Shown here: positions 26,826 to 36,199 of the stretch, piece after piece
Numbering within the stretch: position 1 is the first letter of the stretch
Layout: every line of letters begins with the position of its first letter
Assembly (NCBI GenBank): GCA_964447605.1
Contig: CAYUTA010000009.1
Location: 1,314-65,313 of the forward strand
DNA: 64,000 bases
Source: an uncultured Oscillospiraceae bacterium
GTDB taxonomy: Bacteria > Bacillota > Clostridia > Christensenellales > CAG-138
Direction of reading: 5' to 3'
The notes under the pieces: generated by a model
Databases searched by the model: none
The model's input: only the letters and a program-made list of their open reading frames with translations
What the model was told of the DNA's origin: nothing
Translations under genes and position numbers: made by a program

Positions 26826-28553
26826 ATGTCCCGCTGTGACCGCATCAACAAAAGGCTCAATGCGCGCTTTGGCGGACGCGTTCGCGCAGACGAGCGCGAC
26901 GGCTGCCTTGTGCTCAGCGGCGCGCTGGATTCCTGGGACTGTATCGTAGAGGCCGGCACAATGTGCGCGCGGCATGGAAAGTACCTTGGTCTGGTGAACG
27001 ACATCCGGCTCAACGGTGTGGAAATTCCGCCCATGCGCGTGCCGCCCGTGCGCGACGATGCGCTCGACGGGCTTTGCGCGGATGTGCTGGTCGTCGGAGG
27101 CGGCATAATCGGCTGCGCGATTGCGCGCGAACTGACGCGCTGGAAGCTCAAAGTGCTCTTATGCGAAAAGGAACACGACGTTGCGCTGCATGCATCCTCG
27201 CGCAACGACGGCATGGTGCATCCGGGCATCGATCTGATTCCCGGGCAGGTGAAGCGCCGCTACAACATGCGCGGCAACCGCATGTACGACCGCGTTACGG
27301 CGGAGCTGGGCGTTCCGTTTTCGCGCACAGGCCAGTACCTGTGCATGCAAAGCCTCCCTGCCGGCATCGCCGCTTTTTTTGCCCAGCTATACTATCTTGT
27401 AACGGGCGTGCCGGTGCGCTTCTGCACCCGCCGGTCCCTCGCCCGACGTGAGCCGGAGCTCAGCGAACGGATTCGCAGCGCGCTTTTTTTTCCCACGGCC
27501 GGCATCGTCTGCCCATACAGTCTGACCATCGCCTATGCGGAAAACGCAGCCGATAACGGCGCGCGCGTCTGCCTCGACACCGCCGCGCTCGGTATGGAGG
27601 TACAAGACGCCCGCATACGAAGCGTGCGCACCAACCGCGGCACAGTCTATCCCCGGGTGGTGATCAACGCCGCAGGCGTGTTCAGCGAGGACGTCGCCGA
27701 AATGGCGCAGGACCGCTTCTTCTCCATCCATCCCCGAAAAGGCACCAATTCCATCCTCGACAGCAAGGCCGCGCATCAGGTGCGCACCATTGCCGCGTCC
27801 TTTGGCACCTCCTCCACCCACAGGCGCCACACCAAGGGCGGCGGACTGGTCTCAACCGTCGACGGAAACCTGCTCGTCGGGCCGGACGCGCACGAAACCT
27901 ATGAAAAGGAAAATTTCTCTACGGCCGCGGACAGTATCCGCGACACGTTTGAAAAGCAGCGCCGCACGAGCCCGCAGCTGAGCGAACGAGATATCATCAC
28001 CTATTTCACCGGCGTGCGCGCGGCAACCTATGAGGAGGACTTTGTAATCACCAGGGGTAAGCGTATCAAAAACATCGTGCATGCGGCGGGCATCCAGTCC
28101 CCGGGACTGACCGCCGCACCCGCGATTGCACAGGATGTTGCCGGCATGGCGGTCTCCCTGCTGCGCGAGCAACAAGAGGTTGTAACAAATCCGGCTTTCA
28201 ACCCCGTGCGAAGGGGCATCGTCCATGCCGCAGACCTGCCCGCGCAGGCGCGCGCGGCGCTCATTGCGGGTGACCCGGACTATGGCGAAATCATCTGCCG
28301 CTGCGAACAGGTCAGCCGGGGCGAAATCCTCGCCGCGCTGCGCCGCAGCGTCCCCTGCGATACCCTTGACGGCGTGAAGCGCCGGGTGCGGCCGGGCATG
28401 GGCCGCTGTCAGGGCGGCTTTTGCGGGCCGCAGGTTTTGCAGATCATCGCGCAGGAGAAGGGCATCCCGCCGGAGTCGGTTAAAAAGAGCGGCTGCGGCA
28501 GCGAGGTTTTGCTTGCATCCAACAAGGAGGTGCGCGGAAATGGAGCGGTTTGA
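26826..28553 (+). CDS. FAD-dependent glycerol-3-phosphate-dehydrogenase-like oxidoreductase (clostridial GlpA type) with BFD-like [2Fe-2S] domain and an N-terminal BON-like extension
   Basis: 575 aa. DVLVVGGGIIGCAIARELTRWKLKVLLCEKEHDVALHASSRNDGMVHPG (dinucleotide fold). C-terminal CRCEQVSRGEI...GMGRCQGGFCGPQV. About 80 extra N-terminal residues. Confidence 0.8.
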   Translation: MSRCDRINKRLNARFGGRVRADERDGCLVLSGALDSWDCIVEAGTMCARHGKYLGLVNDIRLNGVEIPPMRVPPVRDDALDGLCADVLVVGGGIIGCAIARELTRWKLKVLLCEKEHDVALHASSRNDGMVHPGIDLIPGQVKRRYNMRGNRMYDRVTAELGVPFSRTGQYLCMQSLPAGIAAFFAQLYYLVTGVPVRFCTRRSLARREPELSERIRSALFFPTAGIVCPYSLTIAYAENAADNGARVCLDTAALGMEVQDARIRSVRTNRGTVYPRVVINAAGVFSEDVAEMAQDRFFSIHPRKGTNSILDSKAAHQVRTIAASFGTSSTHRRHTKGGGLVSTVDGNLLVGPDAHETYEKENFSTAADSIRDTFEKQRRTSPQLSERDIITYFTGVRAATYEEDFVITRGKRIKNIVHAAGIQSPGLTAAPAIAQDVAGMAVSLLREQQEVVTNPAFNPVRRGIVHAADLPAQARAALIAGDPDYGEIICRCEQVSRGEILAALRRSVPCDTLDGVKRRVRPGMGRCQGGFCGPQVLQIIAQEKGIPPESVKKSGCGSEVLLASNKEVRGNGAV

Positions 28554-29811
28554 CGTGACCGTTATCGGCGCGGGCCCGGCAGGGCTTGCGGCGGCGCTTG
28601 CAGCCTCAGACGCGGGCGCGCGGGTTCTGCTGCTCGAGCGCGAGGCGCGCGCCGGCGGCATCCTCAAACAGTGCATTCACGACGGTTTCGGCCTGCTGCG
28701 CTTTGGCGAACGGCTCTCCGGTCCGGAATATGCCGCGCGCTTTACCGCGCGCCTGGGCGGCAGCGGCGTCGATCTGCGTACGCTGACGTTCGTCACCCGG
28801 ATTGCGCCGGCGGACGGCGGCTATGCGCTGGAGCTCGTTTCGCGCGCCGGTCTGACGCAGATTGATACAGAAAGCGTGGTGTTCGCAACGGGCTGCCGGG
28901 AGCGGACCTCGCGGCAGATTGGCGTGCACGGCCACCATTGCGCGGGCGTGCTGACTGCTGGCAGCGCGCAATACTATACCAATGTCCTTGGCAAGCTCCC
29001 GACGCGGCGCTGCGTGATTCTCGGCTCCGGCGATATCGGGCTCATCATGGCGCGCCGTCTGACGCTCGAAGGCGCGCAGGTGCTCGGCGTTTATGAGGCA
29101 AAGCCCGCGCCGGGCGGGCTGAGACGCAATATCTGCCAGTGCCTCGAGGACTTCGGCATCCCGCTGTATACGAGCAGAACCGTCACGCGCGTATTCGGGC
29201 AGCAGCGCGTCGAGGCGGTTGAGATATCCGATGTGGACGAGCGGCTGCAGCCCATTGCAGGCACGCAGCGGCGCATCGCCTGCGACGCGCTGATTCTGTC
29301 CGTGGGGCTCATCCCTGAGAACGAGCTGGCTGAAAGGCTCGGCGTGCCGCTCGATCCCCGCACAAAAGGCCCCGTCGTCGACCAAAGCTGCCAAACGCTC
29401 GTGCCGGGCATATTCTGCTGTGGCAACGCGCTGCATGTCAACGATCTGGTGGACTATGTCTCCGAAAGCGGCGAACTGGCAGGGCGTTCTGCGGCCCGGT
29501 ACGCGCTTGGCGGCGAGCGGGCGATGCCGCGCGTGCTGCTGCCCGTTGAAGCGGATGACTCGCTGATGTCCGTTGTGCCGCAGCGAGTCGATCTCCATGC
29601 GCTGTCCGCACCCGTACCGATTTTTTATCGTACGGCGCGCGAACGGGGCGCGTGCAGGCTCCGCATCGGTACGGACGGCTGTTGCCTGCTTGATAAAAAC
29701 TATGCGCTTATGAACCCGCCCGAAATGCTGCGTCTGGAACTCGATTTGTCCGGCGCGGCGCTGACGGAGGGCAGCGCCCTGACATTTACCATTGCGGAAA
29801 AAACCGGCTGA
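28540..29811 (+). CDS. NAD(P)/FAD-dependent pyridine-nucleotide-disulfide-type oxidoreductase (second subunit of the clostridial GlpA trio)
   Basis: Trimmed to MERFDVTVIGAGPAGLAAALAASDAGARVLLLEREARAGG. Second Rossmann motif VILGSGDIGLIMARRL. 14-nt overlap with the upstream gene. Confidence 0.85.
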   Translation: MERFDVTVIGAGPAGLAAALAASDAGARVLLLEREARAGGILKQCIHDGFGLLRFGERLSGPEYAARFTARLGGSGVDLRTLTFVTRIAPADGGYALELVSRAGLTQIDTESVVFATGCRERTSRQIGVHGHHCAGVLTAGSAQYYTNVLGKLPTRRCVILGSGDIGLIMARRLTLEGAQVLGVYEAKPAPGGLRRNICQCLEDFGIPLYTSRTVTRVFGQQRVEAVEISDVDERLQPIAGTQRRIACDALILSVGLIPENELAERLGVPLDPRTKGPVVDQSCQTLVPGIFCCGNALHVNDLVDYVSESGELAGRSAARYALGGERAMPRVLLPVEADDSLMSVVPQRVDLHALSAPVPIFYRTARERGACRLRIGTDGCCLLDKNYALMNPPEMLRLELDLSGAALTEGSALTFTIAEKTG

Positions 29812-29923
29812 AGCAGCGAAGCAGGCTACCGGCGTAAGCGCATGAACAGCAGCTTCGAAAACAAGTACCCCGGGGACGCATCCGGTCTTTCCGCTTTGCG
29901 TCTTCATACAGAAAGGCACGGTT

Positions 29924-30301
29924 GTGAGCATGCAAACCATCACCTGCATCGTCTGCCCCAACAGCTGCCGCATCCGGTGCGAGCGAACCGCCGAAGGCTG
30001 GTCGTTTTCCGGCAACGCCTGCAAACGCGGCGCGGCGTATGCGCAAAGCGAGCTGACTTGCCCGATGCGCACGCTCGCCACCACCGTGCGCACCCGCGTG
30101 CCGCAAACGCCCGTGGTGTCCGTGCGCACCCGCGGCGAGATTCCAAAGGCAAGCATGCGCGAAGCGATGGCCGCACTGGCCCTTGTGGTGGTAGACGCGC
30201 CGTTGCACATCGGAGACGTCGTGGTTGCGGACCTCCTCGACACCGGCTGCGATGTGGTCTGTACATCCGAGCTGTACGTGGACGCGCAACAACCGCGCTG
30301 A
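29924..30301 (+). CDS. DUF1667 domain protein (third member of the trio)
   Basis: 125 aa. ITCIVCPNSCRIRCE...GNACKRGAAYAQSELTCPMRTLATTVR is the DUF1667 signature. Confidence 0.85.
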   Translation: MSMQTITCIVCPNSCRIRCERTAEGWSFSGNACKRGAAYAQSELTCPMRTLATTVRTRVPQTPVVSVRTRGEIPKASMREAMAALALVVVDAPLHIGDVVVADLLDTGCDVVCTSELYVDAQQPR

Positions 30302-30366
30302 GCGCGCATCTTTCTGCGGGCGTACGAAGCAGGCGGCCCGCAATACCAATTAAGGAGGTTTCAAAC

Positions 30367-32106
30367 ATGTCCCATCCCTATCGAAATTTTGAACCGAACT
30401 GGGTTCAGGGCGAGTTCCCTGGTGACTCCTACCGTTCCATCTTCAAATGGGGCAGCATGACCCAGATCAAGCCGCCGCGCGAATCGCTCTATCAGCTGGT
30501 CAAGGAAAAATTCGGGCTGGACGACGCATACTTTTCCCAGTACCGGGAGGATTTAGGCTTTGACAAGGTTTCATTCGACCTCCCCGTCTCCCTCACAAAC
30601 GCACAGCTGGACACATTTTGTACAATTGTGGGCGAGGGCTATGTGCGTACCGACGATTACGCGCGGCTGTCGGTGGCGTACGGAAAAACGATGTACGATA
30701 TCCTGCGGCTGCGCAATCGGATCGTTGAGAATGTGCCGGACGCCGTGCTTTATCCCGATACAAAGGAGCAGATCGACGAGATCGTGGCCTATTGCGCCGC
30801 ACAAAAGATTCCGGTGTACGTCTACGGCGGCGGCTCCTCCGTCACGCGCGGCGTGGAATGTGTCAAGGGAGGCGTTTCGCTGGATATGCGGCTGCGGTTT
30901 CATAAGGTCGTGGCGTTCAACGAAACCGACCAGACCATTACCGTCGAGGCCGGAATGAGCGGGCCCAAGCTTGAACAGACGCTCAACGACGCGGTGCGCC
31001 TGTTTGGCGCAAAGCGCGCGTACACCTGCGGGCATTTCCCGCAGAGCTTCGAGTATTCTTCCGTCGGCGGCTGGGTGGTCACGCGCGGAGCGGGCCAGAA
31101 CTCCACCTACTACGGCTGCATCAGCGACATCGTGCTCGCGCAGTGCTATTCAACGCCCGTCGGCCCTATCCGCACCGACGCATACCCGCGCAAGGCCACC
31201 GGCCCCGACCTCAACCAGATCATGATGGGCAGCGAGGGGGCGTTCGGCGTGCTGACGCACGTGACGCTCAAGTTTTTCCGTCATATGCCGGAGACCATCC
31301 GGCGGTTCTCGTTCATGTTCCGCGACTGGGAGACCGCGCAGGCGGCCGCGCGGGAGATGATGCAGTCCGAAGCCGGATTCCCCAGCGTATTCCGCCTGTC
31401 CGACCCGGAGGAAACGAGCGTCATGCTGCACCTCTACGGCGTGATGGACACGCCGCTGAAGCACCTGTTCAGACTGCGCGGCTTTGAGGAAAACGAGATG
31501 TGCCTGTTCCTTGGCTTTACCAACGGCCAAAACGGCTTTTCCGGCAACTGCGCGCATAACGTCAGGCGTGTCGCGCGCCGGTACGGCGGCATGAGCCTGA
31601 CGGGCTATGTCACCCGCGGCTGGGAAAACGGTCGCTTCAACGACCCGTATATGCGCGACACCATACAGGATTTTGGTCTGGTCACCGACACAATGGAGTG
31701 CACGGTCAACTGGAGCAACATGTCGCAGGTGCACGCCGATGTGCGCGCTTACTGCAAATCCCGCCCAAATACCATCTGCATGACGCATATGTCGCACGTA
31801 TACCCGCAGGGCGCGAACCTGTATTTTATCTTCATCATCCAGGAGAGCAGCCCGGAGGCGTTTAAAGCGTACCACGCGGGCATCCTCGATGCAATCCAGA
31901 AATCCGGCGCCGCCATGAGCCATCATCATGGCATCGGCAAGATGTTCGGCCCGTGGCTGGAAGGCTATATCGGCAGGAACGAATACGATGTGTTCCGCGC
32001 GCTCAAGCGGCACTTTGACCCGGATAACATTATGAATCCCGGCGGTACGCTCGGCCTCGACACACCGGAACACGAAAAACGCTTTTTGCGCGGCGACATC
32101 CGGTAA
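30367..32106 (+). CDS. FAD-linked oxidase of the alkyldihydroxyacetonephosphate-synthase-like type
   Basis: Track ORF trimmed to MSHPYRNFEPNW... behind TAAGGAGG. ADPS-type N-terminal region (FKWG...), PCMH FAD domain (PDAVLYPDTKEQIDEIVAYCAAQKIPVYVYGGGSSVTRG) and C-terminal HHHGIGK. Confidence 0.75.
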   Translation: MSHPYRNFEPNWVQGEFPGDSYRSIFKWGSMTQIKPPRESLYQLVKEKFGLDDAYFSQYREDLGFDKVSFDLPVSLTNAQLDTFCTIVGEGYVRTDDYARLSVAYGKTMYDILRLRNRIVENVPDAVLYPDTKEQIDEIVAYCAAQKIPVYVYGGGSSVTRGVECVKGGVSLDMRLRFHKVVAFNETDQTITVEAGMSGPKLEQTLNDAVRLFGAKRAYTCGHFPQSFEYSSVGGWVVTRGAGQNSTYYGCISDIVLAQCYSTPVGPIRTDAYPRKATGPDLNQIMMGSEGAFGVLTHVTLKFFRHMPETIRRFSFMFRDWETAQAAAREMMQSEAGFPSVFRLSDPEETSVMLHLYGVMDTPLKHLFRLRGFEENEMCLFLGFTNGQNGFSGNCAHNVRRVARRYGGMSLTGYVTRGWENGRFNDPYMRDTIQDFGLVTDTMECTVNWSNMSQVHADVRAYCKSRPNTICMTHMSHVYPQGANLYFIFIIQESSPEAFKAYHAGILDAIQKSGAAMSHHHGIGKMFGPWLEGYIGRNEYDVFRALKRHFDPDNIMNPGGTLGLDTPEHEKRFLRGDIR

Positions 32107-32218
32107 CCGTTCCTGCAAGCGGGCGCGCCACTCTTAAAAAAACAGAGCGCCGCGCCTGGTTTTTTGCGCCGGACCGTCCTGCCGCGCAATCCGTCCGCCG
32201 TCCTTGCGACCATAGCGC

Positions 32219-32249
32219 GGCGCGCGCCTTCGTCGGGCGCGCGTTTTTT
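32219..32249 (+). terminator. Rho-independent terminator ending the GlpA-type/ADPS-like operon
   Basis: CGCGCGCC-ttcgtcg-GGCGCGCG followed by TTTTTT. Confidence 0.7.
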
Positions 32250-32327
32250 GCCGGTTTGCCGCACACGCCCGGCAACAGGTATTTGCTTCCCCCTCAACCG
32301 GGCATACTACATGCCGGGGTGATAAAC

Positions 32328-33833
32328 ATGAAATCCATTTGGATCGAAACTGCCGGCAGTCCAAAAAAGCACGCGCCGCTGGCACAGAACCTGCAGGTCG
32401 GCGCCGCTGTGATCGGCGGCGGAATGGCGGGCATTTTAACCGCGTACCTGCTGGGCAAGCGCGGCATGGACTGCGCGGTATTGGAAGCGGCGGAGATTGG
32501 AAGCGGCCAGACAAAGGGTACCACCGCAAAGATTACAAGCCAGCACGGGCTGCTCTACGGACAGCTTGTCAGGCAGTTCGGCGCGGACAAAGCGCGCCAG
32601 TACGCGCATGCCAACCAACAAGCGGTGACGCAATACCGCGCGGTTGTGGACGAATTGGACATCGCGTGCGACTTTATCATGCAGGATGCCTATCTGTATT
32701 CCCTGCACGAGCGCGACGAACTGCTTTTTGAGGCGAAGACCGCCGCCGCGCTCGGGCTGCCCGCGTCGTTTGCCGAGTCCGTCAATCTGCCGTTTGACAC
32801 CGTGGGCGCGGTGCGCTTTACAAACCAGGCGCAGTTTCACCCGCTCAAATTTCTTTATGCGGTCAGCGAGCGGGTGCGGGTATTCGAGCATTCGCCCGTT
32901 CAGCGTGTCGACGGAAATACGCTTTACGTGAACGGACAGACCGTCACGGCGGACAAAATTGTGTTTGCAACGCATTATCCGTTTGTCAACATGCCGGGCT
33001 ACTACTTTGCGCGCATGTACCAGTCGCGCGCTTATTCGATTGCGCTTCAAAACGCTGGGTCGCTTGATGGCATGTATATCGGCACGGGTGAAAGCGCGTT
33101 GTCGCTGCGCGCGTACAAGGATTACGTCATCCTTTGCAGCATGGATCACCGCACGGGTGAAAACTCTGACGGCGGCCGGTATGATTCCCTGTGCGGGACG
33201 GCGCGGTCCCTCTATCCGGAATGCCGCGAGGTCGCGCGCTGGTCCGCGCAGGACTGCGTTACGCCCGACGACGTTCCCTATATCGGACACTATTGCGCCA
33301 CGCAGCCGGACTGGTATGTTGCCACCGGATTCAACAAATGGGGGATGAGCAGCTCGATGGCCGCAGCGCAAATCCTCTGCGACAGCATCACCGGGCGTGA
33401 AAATGCCAACGCGGACGTATTCAGCCCGCAGCGCTTCAACCTTCCGACGTTCACCGGCGTGCTCGATTGCAGCGGGCAGGCGGTCAAGGGGTTGTCACGG
33501 GAGAACCTGACCATTCCGCAGGAAACGCTTGACGCGCTGCCTGCCGGACATGGCGGAGTCGTGCTGGTCGAAGGGGAAAAGGTGGGTGTGTATAAGGAGC
33601 CGAACGGCCGGACGCATCTGGTGGACACGCGCTGCCCGCACCTCGGCTGCCAGTTGGAATGGAACCCGGACGAAAAGAGCTGGGACTGTCCCTGCCATGG
33701 CTCCCGCTTCGATTTCCACGGTCGGCTCATCGACAACCCCGCGCAGGAAAACCTTAGAGGCGCGCCGGACGGGCCGGAAAATGCGCGCCCGTATACCGGG
33801 GTCGATCATTTTGACCGTCCGCAGGCATACTAG
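32328..33833 (+). CDS. FAD-dependent oxidoreductase with C-terminal Rieske [2Fe-2S] domain
   Basis: Trimmed to MKSIWIE.... AAVIGGGMAGILTAYLLGKRGMDCAVLE (FAD fold). CPHLGCQLEW...WDCPCHGSRF (Rieske CxH...CxxH). Confidence 0.85.
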   Translation: MKSIWIETAGSPKKHAPLAQNLQVGAAVIGGGMAGILTAYLLGKRGMDCAVLEAAEIGSGQTKGTTAKITSQHGLLYGQLVRQFGADKARQYAHANQQAVTQYRAVVDELDIACDFIMQDAYLYSLHERDELLFEAKTAAALGLPASFAESVNLPFDTVGAVRFTNQAQFHPLKFLYAVSERVRVFEHSPVQRVDGNTLYVNGQTVTADKIVFATHYPFVNMPGYYFARMYQSRAYSIALQNAGSLDGMYIGTGESALSLRAYKDYVILCSMDHRTGENSDGGRYDSLCGTARSLYPECREVARWSAQDCVTPDDVPYIGHYCATQPDWYVATGFNKWGMSSSMAAAQILCDSITGRENANADVFSPQRFNLPTFTGVLDCSGQAVKGLSRENLTIPQETLDALPAGHGGVVLVEGEKVGVYKEPNGRTHLVDTRCPHLGCQLEWNPDEKSWDCPCHGSRFDFHGRLIDNPAQENLRGAPDGPENARPYTGVDHFDRPQAY

Positions 33834-33861
33834 CGGTATCTAAAACCTATGCGGTGGAAAA

Positions 33862-34309
33862 ATGCAGCGAACGCAAAAAGAAACCCTGCTTTTACAGGAT
33901 CTGAAAAGCCACGAACAGCTTTGTATTGAAAAATACCGTAAGTATGCCGGGCGCGCCTGTGACGAGCAGTTGAAGAACCTCTTCTCCTCCATCGGCAAGA
34001 CCCGAGCAGACCCACCTGGACACGATCATGCAGATGATGCGCGGAACCGTGCCCATGATGGCGGCGGCGGACAGCAGCAGGCCCGGCCGCGTCCGTCAAC
34101 CTGCGCCGAAGCGGAAAAACAGGAAGACGCCTATCTCTGCAAGGACGCGCCCAGCACGGAAAAGCACGTTTCCTCCGTATACGACGCCTGCATTTTTGAG
34201 TTTAAGGACAAACAGATGCGCGATACGCTCAACCATATACAAAAAGAAGAGCAGGAGCATGGCAAGCCGCATCTACGATTACATGGCCGCAAACGGCATG
34301 TACGCGTAA
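33862..34309 (+). pseudogene. Spore coat protein F (Coat_F) family gene disrupted by three 1-nt indels
   Basis: CotF-like sequence is split over two frames. Frame A gives MQRTQKETLLLQDLKSHEQLCIEKYRKYAG...NLFSSIGKT. Frame B gives EQTHLDTIMQMMRGTVPMM. Frame A resumes with GGGGQQQ...DAYLCKDAPSTEKHVSSVYDACIFEFKDKQMRDTLNHIQKEEQEHGK. Frame B ends with RIYDYMAANGMYA*. Confidence 0.7.
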
Positions 34310-34321
34310 ACGCGTTTACCG

Positions 34322-36199
34322 TCATTCAACCAGCTCGATAAAATCCACAAAATACCGCATGTTCATGACGTCGGCCGGCGACGGGTCGGAATGCGCCTCA
34401 ACGCGCACTTCACCCTCCCGGTCGACAATCGGCCCGTGGAACGGATTGAATACGTTGCGCGCAATGCTGCCCCTGAGAAATCTGGCAAGGTTGCGGCCCG
34501 GGCCGGACAGCGTCTCACTCATGCGCACGTCAATCACGCCCGCGCCCAGTCCCCACCAGAAGCTCTTGACGGGCGATTCGTCGCCCGCGTTATCCAGCAC
34601 CGCATTGAGGCTGCCGTTGAGGTAGCTTTTGACAATGGCCGTGTAAAAGCGCGCCCAGTTCCAGTCCGGCGCGGCAATGTAGCGCGTGGGCATGCCGTAG
34701 CAGTCGATGCCGACCATCACGGACAGCGCCTCGCGCGGCAGATCGAGCAGCGTCAGGGACGGATAATGCTGCGTAAACACCACGTCCGCACCCATGCGTC
34801 CGGCCAGCGACATGGCGTTGGTACAGGTAGGCGGGTCATTGGGCAGCACGTCCCGGGTAATCAGCAGCACGCGGATATCCGGGCGCGCGCTCCGCGCGCC
34901 GAGCGCAAACGCGTTGATGTCCGACGTATAGCGCGCATCGCCAAGCCGCGGCGTGATGTAGCATACAATCCCGTTGTGCGAACACTGCCCCGCAAGAAAG
35001 CCGCAGATGAACATCGCCTCGTAATAGCGGCCAAAGTAGGTATGCAGCCGGTAATCCTGCTGCATGCGGGAATAGATGAGCGAAATACAGCCTGGATGCT
35101 CCAGCGCAAAACGCAGCACGGGCGTCATCAGCGAGGGCGAGGCGGCAAACAGCAGCCCTGCGTCGCCCGCCTGCCCGGTCAGCTGCTCATAAGCCGTCTC
35201 CCGGTCTGATATATCGATGCAGCGGGAGGCCACACGCTCGCCGAGCGCCTCCTGCATATCAAGCCGCCCCTGCTCATGCGCGCCGAGCCAATTGGCCTGC
35301 GTACGGCCGGCGGTGTAAACAAATACGACGTTTGGATTTTTATGCCCCGTGACAAGGCGGGATAACAGCGGCCGTTCCCCGGGCGTCTCCTCGAGCACCA
35401 GCTTGGGCTGCGCCGGATTTGCCACAATATCCAGCTGCGGCTTGAGCAGGCGGATGCGCCCGGCCAGCTCCTCCGTCAAAACGCCTGTGGGAAACCCATA
35501 TAGCTGAAGGTATTCCAGGAACGCATCGCCAAGCGTCATGGTGCAATCCGTTTTCAGATACGCGGCTTCAAAGCGGATATACAGCGCGTTATAATCCATC
35601 TCTCCAGCCGCGTCCAGCTCGCCGGTCAGCTTTTGCTCGAGTTCGGAAAGGCGGACATATCTGGCCGCGTCCGAAAGCTCAATATCGGAGAATACGCCTG
35701 CTTTTGCATACTCAAGGAACGCGTAATACCGGACGGTGTCCGGATGATCTTCGTCATATTGCGGGATCAGGCGCGTTACCTCCGCCTCAAACGCGCCTGC
35801 GCCGACATATTTGAGCACGCTGATGCGCTTGTTGCCCTCGCTGACATAATACTTCCACAGATATTCGTATACGCGCACCGCATCGCGAATCCCCGTATCG
35901 ATATGCGAAGCGTACAATGCGGTCCATTTGGACGCAAACTCCGAGTTCTCGGAAAGGATCGGCATAAAGTTGGGCGCAAACGAGGTCGCGCGGCCGGCCT
36001 GGTACGTCCCGGCGATACGATGGAGCGAGATCACCCGCGGAGCCTGGGAAACAAAGCCCAGCACGCCGCATTCCTCGCGCCGCACGTCCGGTATGGCAAG
36101 ATAGCCGCTCTCACCGCGCGCCCTGCATGCGGCGGCCTCCTTCAGCCCGCGCCTGCGCGCCGCCCGGTAGGCGTCCCTGGCCTCTGCAAACGAGCTCAT
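34322..36199 (-). CDS. Cytoplasmic fusion protein: ParB/Srx-like N-terminal domain + BMP (PnrA/Med-like) periplasmic-binding-fold domain
   Basis: 625 aa, no signal peptide. N-part IRDAVRVYEYLWKYYVSEGNKRISVLKYVG resembles the ParB/Srx (D/E)GN(H/K)R box. C-part (VVFVYTAGRT..., FICGFLAGQCS..., INAFALGARS..., GADVVFTQ) resembles the BMP family. Confidence 0.6.
   Translation of the reverse strand: MSSFAEARDAYRAARRRGLKEAAACRARGESGYLAIPDVRREECGVLGFVSQAPRVISLHRIAGTYQAGRATSFAPNFMPILSENSEFASKWTALYASHIDTGIRDAVRVYEYLWKYYVSEGNKRISVLKYVGAGAFEAEVTRLIPQYDEDHPDTVRYYAFLEYAKAGVFSDIELSDAARYVRLSELEQKLTGELDAAGEMDYNALYIRFEAAYLKTDCTMTLGDAFLEYLQLYGFPTGVLTEELAGRIRLLKPQLDIVANPAQPKLVLEETPGERPLLSRLVTGHKNPNVVFVYTAGRTQANWLGAHEQGRLDMQEALGERVASRCIDISDRETAYEQLTGQAGDAGLLFAASPSLMTPVLRFALEHPGCISLIYSRMQQDYRLHTYFGRYYEAMFICGFLAGQCSHNGIVCYITPRLGDARYTSDINAFALGARSARPDIRVLLITRDVLPNDPPTCTNAMSLAGRMGADVVFTQHYPSLTLLDLPREALSVMVGIDCYGMPTRYIAAPDWNWARFYTAIVKSYLNGSLNAVLDNAGDESPVKSFWWGLGAGVIDVRMSETLSGPGRNLARFLRGSIARNVFNPFHGPIVDREGEVRVEAHSDPSPADVMNMRYFVDFIELVE

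Noticed and set aside
28606-30309. Very long antisense ORFs: this 567-aa one opposite the GlpA-partner and DUF1667 genes, plus 50579-51904, 42043-43017, 7551-8768, 21019-22077, 56787-58223 and 31150-32118.
   Set aside because: They lie opposite genes with clear family signatures, have Arg/Ala/Gly/Pro-rich low-complexity translations and lack RBSs. Open antisense frames of this kind are expected in GC-rich DNA.
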